Assembly: GCA_016182655.1 (NCBI GenBank)
Contig: JACPGB010000016.1
Coordinates: 3,224-67,223 of the forward strand
Origin: Deltaproteobacteria bacterium
GTDB taxonomy: Bacteria > Desulfobacterota > GWC2-55-46
Direction of reading: 5' to 3'
Length of the DNA stretch: 64,000 bases
The position numbers were made by a program, and so were the translations under genes. Positions 1 through 7,943 of this stretch are shown here, piece after piece; position 1 is the stretch's first letter, and the number at the start of each line of letters is the position of its first letter. Below the pieces are notes generated by a model. It was not told the DNA's origin and searched no databases. It worked only from the letters and a program-made list of their open reading frames with translations.

Positions 1-932
1 TTATCCAGCCAGTGCATCGCGGAGCTTATGAGGAACGAGCGCACTTCGTTCCTGCCGTAGTTGAATATGAAGCTCGCCCAGTCGGGGTGGAAGCCCTTTT
101 TCGGGTCGGCGTGCTCGAAGAGGTGCGTGCCGTCGAAGTACGCGAGCCCGTACTCGTCCGACGGGAAATGAGAAGGGACCCAGTCGAGGATGACCCCGAT
201 GCCGTTCTGGTGGAGGTGGTCGACGAGGTACATGAAGTCCTGGGGGGTGCCGTATCTTGAAGTCGGCGCGAAGTAGCCGAGCGTCTGGTAACCCCAGGAG
301 CCGTAGAACGGGTGCTCCATGACCGGGAGGAACTCAACGTGCGTAAAGCCCATCTCCTTCACATAGTCGGCGAGTTGGTGGGCGAGCTCCCGGTAATCGA
401 GCGGGCGGTTGTTGTCCTCGGGGACGCGCCTCCAGGAGCCTATGTGTACTTCATAGATGGAGATCGGTGACTTGAGGTTGTTTCTGAGATGCCTGTTCTG
501 CATCCAGTCGAGGTCGTTCCACTTGTAGCTTAAGTCCCACACGACCGAGGCGGTCTTGGGAGGCGTCTCCCAACGGACGGCAAAGGGGTCGCCCTTCTGG
601 ACCCTGTAGTCGTGGTACTTCGATTTTATGTGGTACTTGTAAAGCGTGCCCGCGCCGAGCCCGGGCATGAACCCCTCCCATATCCCTGACCAGTCGTCCC
701 GGACAGAAAGCTTGTGCGTCTCGGTGTTCCAGGAGTTGAAGTCGCCTATTACCGAGACCTCTTCGGCGTTCGGGGCCCAGACAGCGAAGTGCACGCCTTT
801 GACGCCTTTCACCTCGGCGAGATGCGAACCGAGCTTGTTGTAGAGCTTGAAGTGGCTGCCTTCCTTGAAGAAGTAGACATCGTGGTCGGTGATATGACCC
901 GCGCCGTAGATTATGGCGTCCTTGGTTTGCAT
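1..932 (-). CDS. glgB: 1,4-alpha-glucan branching enzyme, 5' part (runs off the left edge)
   Basis: Manual translation from ATG at 932: MQTKDAIIYGAGHITDHDVYFFKEGSHFKLYNKLGSH...GVHFAVWAPNAEEVSVIGDFNSW, typical GlgB CBM48 region; AAAAGGAG RBS upstream; absent from ORF track because no stop lies in the window. Confidence 0.95.
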   Translation of the reverse strand, partial: MQTKDAIIYGAGHITDHDVYFFKEGSHFKLYNKLGSHLAEVKGVKGVHFAVWAPNAEEVSVIGDFNSWNTETHKLSVRDDWSGIWEGFMPGLGAGTLYKYHIKSKYHDYRVQKGDPFAVRWETPPKTASVVWDLSYKWNDLDWMQNRHLRNNLKSPISIYEVHIGSWRRVPEDNNRPLDYRELAHQLADYVKEMGFTHVEFLPVMEHPFYGSWGYQTLGYFAPTSRYGTPQDFMYLVDHLHQNGIGVILDWVPSHFPSDEYGLAYFDGTHLFEHADPKKGFHPDWASFIFNYGRNEVRSFLISSAMHWLD

Positions 933-1080
933 CCGCGCTACTCCTTTTCGAAAAGATGTTTGAAGGAATAAATATACCATAAAAGACGGTTTTTGTAGCC
1001 TGATTGTAGAAAAGACCCTCAGGGCCTCCGAATATTACTAAAAAAACACCCGTCAAGAGGGCGTTTCCGGGTTTTAACAA

Positions 1081-1109
1081 TTGAATTTTCCGCGATATTC
1101 CATTATATT
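1081..1109 (+). promoter_or_regulatory. putative sigma-70 promoter for surE
   Basis: TTGAAT-N17-TATATT about 35 bp before the surE start. Confidence 0.4.
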
Positions 1110-1144
1110 GTTCTACAATCGTTTGTTGATGAAAAGGGGCCCTA

Positions 1145-1900
1145 TTGGCTGATAAAACCGAGAAAAAAGTAATACTCATATCCAACGACGACGGCATCCG
1201 CTCCGAAGGCATATTGAAGCTCGCAAGCGCTCTTAAGAAGGCCGGTACGGTATATGTCGTCGCCCCGGACAGGGAAAGGAGCGCGGCGAGCCACTCGCTC
1301 ACACTCCATAGGCCCTTAAGGGTCGAGGAGGTGGCGAAAAGGATGTTCGCGGTAGACGGCACGCCGACGGACTGCGTGACGCTTGCGGTAAACGGCATTT
1401 TGCCCGTCAGGCCCGACATAGTGGTATCCGGCATAAACAAGGGTGGGAACCTCGGCGAGGACGTATCGTACTCCGGGACGGTTTCGGCCGCGATGGAAGG
1501 CACGCTCCTCGGCATCCCGTCTATCGCATTCTCTCTTGCCAAGAGGGAGGACTTCGACTTTGGCCCGGCATCCGAGTTCGCATTGAAGCTCGTCCGGTTC
1601 GTGTTCAAGAAGGGGTTGCCCAAGGACACGCTCCTCAACGTCAATATCCCGCCGGTCAAGAGGATAAAGGGTTACAAGATCACCCGGCAGGGGAAGCGGT
1701 TTTTCAGCGACGTGGTCGTCGAAAAGGTCGACCCCAGGGGAAAGAAGTACTACTGGATAGGCGGGGCCATGGAGAGGTGGGAAGGCGGAGAGGACGCCGA
1801 CTACTTCGCCATAAGCAAGGGATACATATCCATTACGCCCATACACCTCGACATGACGAATATGAGCTCGATGCAGGAGCTTCGCAAGTGGAAGATATAA
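1145..1900 (+). CDS. surE: 5'/3'-nucleotidase SurE
   Basis: ILISNDDG, VAPDRERSAASHS, GTPTDCV, SGINKGGNLGEDVSYSGTV motifs. Confidence 0.97.
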   Translation: MADKTEKKVILISNDDGIRSEGILKLASALKKAGTVYVVAPDRERSAASHSLTLHRPLRVEEVAKRMFAVDGTPTDCVTLAVNGILPVRPDIVVSGINKGGNLGEDVSYSGTVSAAMEGTLLGIPSIAFSLAKREDFDFGPASEFALKLVRFVFKKGLPKDTLLNVNIPPVKRIKGYKITRQGKRFFSDVVVEKVDPRGKKYYWIGGAMERWEGGEDADYFAISKGYISITPIHLDMTNMSSMQELRKWKI

Positions 1901-1993
1901 AAGAGCGCCAAACTAAAGCATACCTGCGTTGCTGAGGCGGGTTCAAGTTTGAAACTTGAACCCGAAAAATCGTATAGGTTATACGAACTATAT

Positions 1994-2188
1994 GGTTCAG
2001 GTTGCAAACCAGTAGTGTCCGGTAAAAATTGAAAATTTCTTTGAAAATATGGGGCCTTATCTGGCTCTTTTATTAGCCGGACAGCATGTAGTAACCCTTA
2101 AAATAGCTATAAGAGCCTATTTGCACAAAGAAAATCTACCGATGAACTTGAAAATTTAACCGGACAGTAGTGGTTGCAAACCTGAACC
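1994..2188. mobile_element. MITE-like or IS remnant bounded by ~37 bp imperfect inverted repeats
   Basis: GGTTCAGGTTGCAAACCAGTAGTGTCCGGTAAAAATT (1994-2030) versus the reverse complement of 2152-2188, about 30/37 identical; AT-rich non-coding interior; no target duplication seen. Confidence 0.55.
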
Positions 2189-2268
2189 CGCAAAAGATAA
2201 AATAGGCCTCCTTATGGGCACTGTGACCATAATCCCCCTTTATAGAATGGGGGAGGTGAACAACTGAC

Positions 2269-2937
2269 ATGACGATCCGCGTAAAAAGGGACATATACGA
2301 GAGACAGCGCCAGCAGATGCTGGACAACCACCTCATCCCGAGGGGCATAAGCCAGTTGCAGGTCCTTCACGCCATGCGCACGGTCCCCCGCCACATCTTC
2401 GTCGAAGAGGCGCTCTACTCGCAGGCATACAACGACTGCCCCTTGCCGATAGGCGAAAAACAGACCATCTCCCAGCCCTATACAGTCGCCCTCATGACAG
2501 AGGCCTTGAAACTCGACGGCACCGAAAGGGTGCTCGAGATAGGCACGGGCTCGGGCTACCAGACGGCGGTCCTCTCCATTCTCGCCTACAAGGTCTACTC
2601 GATCGAGCGGCTCTCGACCATCGCGGCGCGCGCCAGAAAGATACTCGACGGGCTTCTTTGCTCAAATGCGATAATAAGAGTCGCGGACGGCACTACCGGC
2701 TGGAAAGACGAGGCGCCGTTCGACGCCATAATAACGACCGCTGGCTCCCCGCAGGTCCCTGCCGCCTACGTCGAACAACTCAAACCCGGCGGACGCCTCG
2801 TAATACCCGTAGGCCCCGAAGACTCCCAGGAACTTCTCCGCATCACCAAAAAGACCGACGGCTCGACCGTGACTGAAACGCTCGGCGGCTGTAAATTCGT
2901 AAAACTCATCGGCAAACACGGCTGGTCCAAGAGTTGA
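2269..2937 (+). CDS. pcm: protein-L-isoaspartate O-methyltransferase
   Basis: [32 protein letters not shown] motifs; surE-pcm-nlpD-rpoS synteny. Confidence 0.97.
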   Translation: MTIRVKRDIYERQRQQMLDNHLIPRGISQLQVLHAMRTVPRHIFVEEALYSQAYNDCPLPIGEKQTISQPYTVALMTEALKLDGTERVLEIGTGSGYQTAVLSILAYKVYSIERLSTIAARARKILDGLLCSNAIIRVADGTTGWKDEAPFDAIITTAGSPQVPAAYVEQLKPGGRLVIPVGPEDSQELLRITKKTDGSTVTETLGGCKFVKLIGKHGWSKS

Positions 2938-3668
2938 TCGAGGTCCACACGCCAGTCCCCGTTGCTCGTCTCAGGTGTCTTATGGCTAAAGCCCTCAAAT
3001 TCCCCTCCCTTTGTTTCCCTTTTATCCTCACCCTTTTACTTTTCCTTAGCGGCTGCCTCAGTGGAAGGGGCGTCTACCATACCGTCCATAAGGGAGAGAC
3101 CCTCTACAGGATATGCAAGACGTATAAAGTAGATATCCAGGACGTCGCCGAGCTCAATAACATCAAGGACCCGACGGAGATAAAGACCGGCAAGAGGATA
3201 TTCATCCCCGGGGCAAGGAGGGTTAAAAAGGTCACGCCCTATATGGCAGGGGCAGGTAACGCAGAGAAGGAGCCGGAGGGAAAGATCGTAATTGAAAAGG
3301 ACAGGTTCTCATGGCCTGTCCACGGTGTCATGGAGTCGGCCTTCGGGCCGAGGGGTGGGGGGCGTCACGACGGCATAGATATCTCGGCAAAGGAAGGCAC
3401 ACCCGTGAAGGCGGCCGATAACGGCGAGGTCGTCTACGTGAGCTCAAGTTTCCGCGGCTATGGCAATATCGTCATACTTAAACATAAGGATGATTTTTAT
3501 ACAGTATATGCGCACAACGAAGAAAACCTTGTTAAAACAGGTGAATCCGTTAAAAAGGGGGAGGTAATAGCAAAGGTCGGCTCGACCGGAAACGCAACCG
3601 GAAGCCACCTCCACTTCGAGGTCAGGCAGGGGAAGATTGTAAGGAACCCTCTTTTTTTCTTGCCTTGA
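2934..3668 (+). CDS. nlpD: LysM + M23 peptidase lipoprotein (NlpD-like); true start may be ATG at 2982
   Basis: lipobox LSGC, LysM ([13 protein letters not shown]), M23 HDGID and HLHFEVR motifs; synteny. Confidence 0.88.
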   Translation: MIEVHTPVPVARLRCLMAKALKFPSLCFPFILTLLLFLSGCLSGRGVYHTVHKGETLYRICKTYKVDIQDVAELNNIKDPTEIKTGKRIFIPGARRVKKVTPYMAGAGNAEKEPEGKIVIEKDRFSWPVHGVMESAFGPRGGGRHDGIDISAKEGTPVKAADNGEVVYVSSSFRGYGNIVILKHKDDFYTVYAHNEENLVKTGESVKKGEVIAKVGSTGNATGSHLHFEVRQGKIVRNPLFFLP

Positions 3669-3754
3669 CCCGATTTTTATAGTAGAAACAATATAATACA
3701 AAAAACCAAAACCGCATCCCGGTGGCCGCTTCTCGTTTGGAAAAGGGGTGAGAT

Positions 3755-4663
3755 ATGAGAAGAACGAACGCACGGACCAAAGGCACGTTCATCCCGAGGC
3801 TCATCGAGGAAAGGGAACCCGCTCAAAGCCCATCAACTGATTCTTTAACCATCTTTTTCAGTTCAATAAAAAGGTACCCCCTCCTCACATCCAGGGAAGA
3901 AAAAGACCTCGCCAAAAGGATATCCAAGGGCGACCCGAAGGCCCGCCACCGGATGATAGAGTCGAACTTGAGGCTCGTCGTCAATATCGCTAAAAAATAC
4001 ATTAACAGGGGGTTCCCGCTCCAGGACCTGATCGAGGAGGGGAATATCGGGCTTATAAAGTCGGTCGAGCGGTTCAGGGCCTCGAAGGGGTGCAAGTTTT
4101 CGACATACGCGACCTACTGGATCAGGCAGTCGATAGAAAGGGCGCTCGCCAACCAGTCGAACGTCGTCAGGCTCCCGATACACATCTCCGCCGACATAGC
4201 CAAGTTGAGCAGGGCCACCCACGAGCTCATGATGACGCTTCACAGGGAGCCGGATATCCGGGAGCTTGCCGAAAGGACCGGTTTTTCAGGCAGGTACGTT
4301 AAAAAACTTGACATCGTCTCCAAAAAAAGTTATTCACTCGAAGCGGCCCTGCCGGACGGCTCCGACCAGACTTTGCTGGATAAGCTCGAGGACTCAAGCG
4401 CCATGCCACAGCTTGAAATGCTCGATCTGGCCAGAAAGTCCCGTAAGATAGAGGCCTGGCTCACGCTCTTGAGCGAATCAGAGAGGCGTATCATAAGGCT
4501 GAGATTCGGCCTCGATTGCGCCGGCCCCCAGACCCTCGAGGAGATAGGCAAGGCCTTTGGCATTACAAGGGAGAGGGTTAGGCAGATAGAGGTAAAGGCG
4601 CTCACCAAACTCAAGAAGATAATCGTCGAGAGGAACCATATAGCTACGCTCGACGCAGTTTAG
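3755..4663 (+). CDS. rpoS: sigma-70 family group 2 sigma factor, RpoS-like
   Basis: NLRLVVNIAKKY, DLIEEGNIGL, KFSTYATYWIRQ, TLEEIG...TRERVRQIE; no region 1.1; follows nlpD. Confidence 0.85.
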   Translation: MRRTNARTKGTFIPRLIEEREPAQSPSTDSLTIFFSSIKRYPLLTSREEKDLAKRISKGDPKARHRMIESNLRLVVNIAKKYINRGFPLQDLIEEGNIGLIKSVERFRASKGCKFSTYATYWIRQSIERALANQSNVVRLPIHISADIAKLSRATHELMMTLHREPDIRELAERTGFSGRYVKKLDIVSKKSYSLEAALPDGSDQTLLDKLEDSSAMPQLEMLDLARKSRKIEAWLTLLSESERRIIRLRFGLDCAGPQTLEEIGKAFGITRERVRQIEVKALTKLKKIIVERNHIATLDAV

Positions 4664-4696
4664 TCATACATACTACGAAGCGGCAAGGAGAAGGAA

Positions 4697-5215
4697 ATGG
4701 TCGAGGATCTAAAAAAATCGATACGCGACGTCCCTGATTTCCCGAAAAAGGGGATACTCTTCAAGGACATAACCACGCTTTGCAAGGAGCCCGCGCTCTT
4801 TCAGCGCATGGTCGACCTCCTCGGCCACCGCTATGTCGGGAAAAAGGTCGATCTCGTCGTGGGCATAGAGGCGAGGGGCTTTATCATCGGCGCCGCGCTC
4901 GCCTACAAGCTCGGGGCCGGGATAGTGCTCGTCAGAAAGCCCGGCAAGCTCCCGCACAAGACCCACAAGGCGAGCTATACGCTCGAGTACGGCAAGGACT
5001 CGCTCGAAATACATCAGGACGCGATAGAGAAGGGCCAGAATGTGATAATAGCCGACGACCTTCTTGCAACGGGCGGCACAGCCGGGGCGGTCGCGAACCT
5101 CGTTAAGGAGATGGGCGGCAACATCGTCGAGTGCGCCTTCATCGTGGAGCTCGAAGAGCTGAACGGCCGGGAAAAGCTCACCCCGCACCCGGTGTTCTCT
5201 CTCATTAAATATTAG
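4697..5215 (+). CDS. apt: adenine phosphoribosyltransferase
   Basis: [39 protein letters not shown]. Confidence 0.97.
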   Translation: MVEDLKKSIRDVPDFPKKGILFKDITTLCKEPALFQRMVDLLGHRYVGKKVDLVVGIEARGFIIGAALAYKLGAGIVLVRKPGKLPHKTHKASYTLEYGKDSLEIHQDAIEKGQNVIIADDLLATGGTAGAVANLVKEMGGNIVECAFIVELEELNGREKLTPHPVFSLIKY

Positions 5216-5241
5216 TCTGCATTAAATCGATTTTTCAGAAG

Positions 5242-5274
5242 AGGCGGGACTAACGAGTCCCGCCTTTATTTTTT
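5242..5274 (+). terminator. intrinsic terminator after apt
   Basis: AGGCGGGACT-AACG-AGTCCCGCCT followed by TTATTTTT. Confidence 0.8.
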
Positions 5275-5295
5275 AACCAAAGGCCGCCTTCGTCT

Positions 5296-6543
5296 ATGCC
5301 GTCATACGTCCCCCTTGCCGTCCTTGCGATAGTCTTCATCCTCATAGCCGTAAGGCAGATAGGGTCGCTCCGCCTGAAAATTTGGCAGATAATGGCCGGA
5401 GGCGCGGCGATCGTCGTGGCAACGGGCTCGATTACGCCGCTGGACGCGCTCAAGGCCATAGACATCGATGTGATAGTCTTCCTCTTCGGGATGTTCGTCG
5501 TCGGAGAGGCCCTTGTAAGGAGCGGGTATCTCTACCACATAGCACACGACGCGTTTAGATTCGCAAAAAGCCCCGGCAACCTCGTCCTCATCATGCTCAT
5601 CGTCGTAGGCGGCCTCTCTGCCTTTCTCATGAACGACACGCTTGCGGTCATAGGCACGCCGCTGGCCGTCTTTGCGGCCGAGAGATATAGGATAAACTCC
5701 AAGCTTCTCCTCCTGACTATCTGTTTTGCAACGACAATCGGCAGTGTCGCAAGCCCCATCGGGAACCCCCAGAACCTCCTTGTGGCCATAAACGGACCTG
5801 TTGCCGCGCCGTTCTGGACATTCTTCAAATACCTCTTCATCCCGACGATAGTAAACCTCGTTGCAGCCTATGCAGTCCTCAAGGTCGTCTACCGTGGCCA
5901 CTTTACCGAAGACGAGGTCTCCTCCGTCAGGGAAGAGATAGGGGACCAAACCCTTGCCCGCCTCTCCCGGCTATCCCTCGTCATCATCTTCACTATGGTA
6001 GCTCTCAAGGCCGCCTCTTTCGCGCTCGGGGGCGCGTTCGACTTCAGGCTCACTTACATAGCGATTGTCGCGGCCCTGCCGATTATCATATTGAGCGGGA
6101 GGAGGATCGAGATACTTAAGTCGATAGACTGGCCGACGCTCCTCTTCTTTGCCGCGCTCTTTATCCTCATGAAGAGTGTGTGGGAGAGCGGTGTGATACA
6201 GCCCGTCCTGTCTTCAATGGGCCTCGACCTCTCTTCGACCGGACTCATACTCGTCCTTAGCGTCCTGTTGAGCCAGATATTATCGAATGTCCCGTTCGTC
6301 GCGCTCTACCTTCCGGTGCTGGGCCACATCGGCGCGAATGAAACGGCGCTCATGGCCCTTGCCGCAGGCTCGACCATAGCCGGGAACCTCTTCATACTCG
6401 GGGCCGCGAGCAATGTCATAGTCATACAGAACGCGGAGAGGCAGGGGCATACGCTTACTTTTTTTGAGTTCGCGAAGGCCGGGGTGCCGCTTACGGTGAT
6501 CAATATATTTGTCTATTGGGTTTGGTTCAGGATAATAGGGTAG
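5296..6543 (+). CDS. ArsB/NhaD (CitMHS-like) anion permease
   Basis: many hydrophobic helices; SPIGNPQN, SNVP and GAASNVIV motifs of the IT superfamily. Confidence 0.8.
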   Translation: MPSYVPLAVLAIVFILIAVRQIGSLRLKIWQIMAGGAAIVVATGSITPLDALKAIDIDVIVFLFGMFVVGEALVRSGYLYHIAHDAFRFAKSPGNLVLIMLIVVGGLSAFLMNDTLAVIGTPLAVFAAERYRINSKLLLLTICFATTIGSVASPIGNPQNLLVAINGPVAAPFWTFFKYLFIPTIVNLVAAYAVLKVVYRGHFTEDEVSSVREEIGDQTLARLSRLSLVIIFTMVALKAASFALGGAFDFRLTYIAIVAALPIIILSGRRIEILKSIDWPTLLFFAALFILMKSVWESGVIQPVLSSMGLDLSSTGLILVLSVLLSQILSNVPFVALYLPVLGHIGANETALMALAAGSTIAGNLFILGAASNVIVIQNAERQGHTLTFFEFAKAGVPLTVINIFVYWVWFRIIG

Positions 6544-6570
6544 GTGCTGGCGATGGCTTTAATACAAAAC

Positions 6571-6647
6571 ACCCCTCCCAACCTCCCCTTGTTAAGGGGA
6601 GGAGTTCGATCAGCTCCCCTCCTTTACAAGGAGGGGCCAGGGGAGGT
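6571..6647. repeat. REP-like double-hairpin intergenic element between convergent genes
   Basis: CCTCCCCTT-GTT-AAGGGGAGG (6582-6602) and CCCCTCCTT-TAC-AAGGAGGGG (6616-6636). Confidence 0.65.
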
Positions 6648-6653
6648 CGTTTT

Positions 6654-7820
6654 TCAATCTATCGCCATTATCACGCACTTAAGATACTCCGTCTCCGGCA
6701 CCGTTAGCGCGATCGGGTGGTCCTTTGCCTGCGAGCGGACTTCGAGTATGCGCCCGCTTTTTCCGGCATCCCTTGCCGCGAGCCTCAGCATCTCGAGGAA
6801 AGTGAGCCTGTCCACATGGAACGAGCACGAGGAGGTGGCAAAGATGCCGCCTTCTTTCAAGAGCTTCATGCACGAGGCGTTCAATTCCCTGTAGGCCTTG
6901 AGCCCTTCTTTCATATTGGCCTTCGATTTTACGAACGCAGGCGGGTCGAGGACGATCGCGTCGTAACGGGCGGCGCCTTTCGCGGCTTCCCCCTTCACGA
7001 ACTCGAATACGTCCGAACGGACAAAGGCGCACTTTTCAGACAGGTTATTCAGCCCGGCGTTCCTTCCGGCCTGTTTGATCGCCGCTTCTGACGAATCTAC
7101 CCCTGTCACATCAGAGCCCGCCTCGGCGAGCTTTATTGACCAGGCCCCCGTGTAGCAGAATAGGTCGAGCGCCTTGCCTTTACCTGCCAACCCCTTGAAC
7201 GCCTCCCTGTTCTCAGCCTGATCGAGGAAAAACCCGGTCTTCTGGCCTGCCATGGGGTCTACCTCGAAGAGAGTCCCGCGCTCTTTTATGATTGGAAGGG
7301 TCTCAAGGCTCCCCTTTATGACCCTCTTTTCCATATTGAGCCCTTCGAGGGTCCTGATAGAGGTGTCGTTCCTTAAGACTATCGTCTTGGGCTCAAAGAC
7401 CTCTTCGAGTGCGGCGATGACATGGCCGCCCTGCGCCTCCATGCCCAAGGTCGAGAACTGTATGGATAGCGTGTCGCCGTACTTATCGACTATGAGGCCG
7501 GGTAGACTATCGCTTTCGCTGAATACGGCCCTGAAGGCGTCCGTTTCTTTTACGAACCTTTTCCTCAATTCGAGCGCGGCCTTTATCCTCTGAACGAAAA
7601 AGGCGCGGTCTATCTCCTCTCTCTGCCTTGTAAGTATCCTTACGCTGATAAGCGAATGCGGGTTGGCGTAGCCTATGCCCAGGAATGCGCCTTTCATGTC
7701 CTTGAGCTCGACGAGGCCGCCAGGGGTGAGCCTCTTGGGGCTGCCGTCGAGCTCGTTCGAGAATACCCAGAGGTGCCCGGCGAGTATCCTCGAGGTCCTC
7801 CTGATTATTACCGTCTCCAT
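6654..7820 (-). CDS. rlmI: RlmI/YccW-family class I SAM-dependent rRNA methyltransferase
   Basis: PUA-like start (GHLWVFSNE), GQKTGFFLDQ, LDLFCYTG, VLDPPAF, PETEYLK. Confidence 0.8.
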   Translation of the reverse strand: METVIIRRTSRILAGHLWVFSNELDGSPKRLTPGGLVELKDMKGAFLGIGYANPHSLISVRILTRQREEIDRAFFVQRIKAALELRKRFVKETDAFRAVFSESDSLPGLIVDKYGDTLSIQFSTLGMEAQGGHVIAALEEVFEPKTIVLRNDTSIRTLEGLNMEKRVIKGSLETLPIIKERGTLFEVDPMAGQKTGFFLDQAENREAFKGLAGKGKALDLFCYTGAWSIKLAEAGSDVTGVDSSEAAIKQAGRNAGLNNLSEKCAFVRSDVFEFVKGEAAKGAARYDAIVLDPPAFVKSKANMKEGLKAYRELNASCMKLLKEGGIFATSSCSFHVDRLTFLEMLRLAARDAGKSGRILEVRSQAKDHPIALTVPETEYLKCVIMAID

Positions 7821-7943
7821 CCGTTTACCTCCGATTGATGCTACATTATAGACGAGACCCCGCCTTACACAAGCTTTTTATTCCGGGCTATCAAGGGAAC
7901 GGAAATCGGATATAATATTATATAGTCCTAATTGGAGGCGCAG

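Noticed and set aside
451..1659. 402-aa minus-strand ORF
   Set aside because: Antisense shadow of surE joined to an off-frame reading of glgB
6516..6894. ORFs spanning the REP-like element
   Set aside because: Translate the palindromic repeat and the antisense of the methyltransferase
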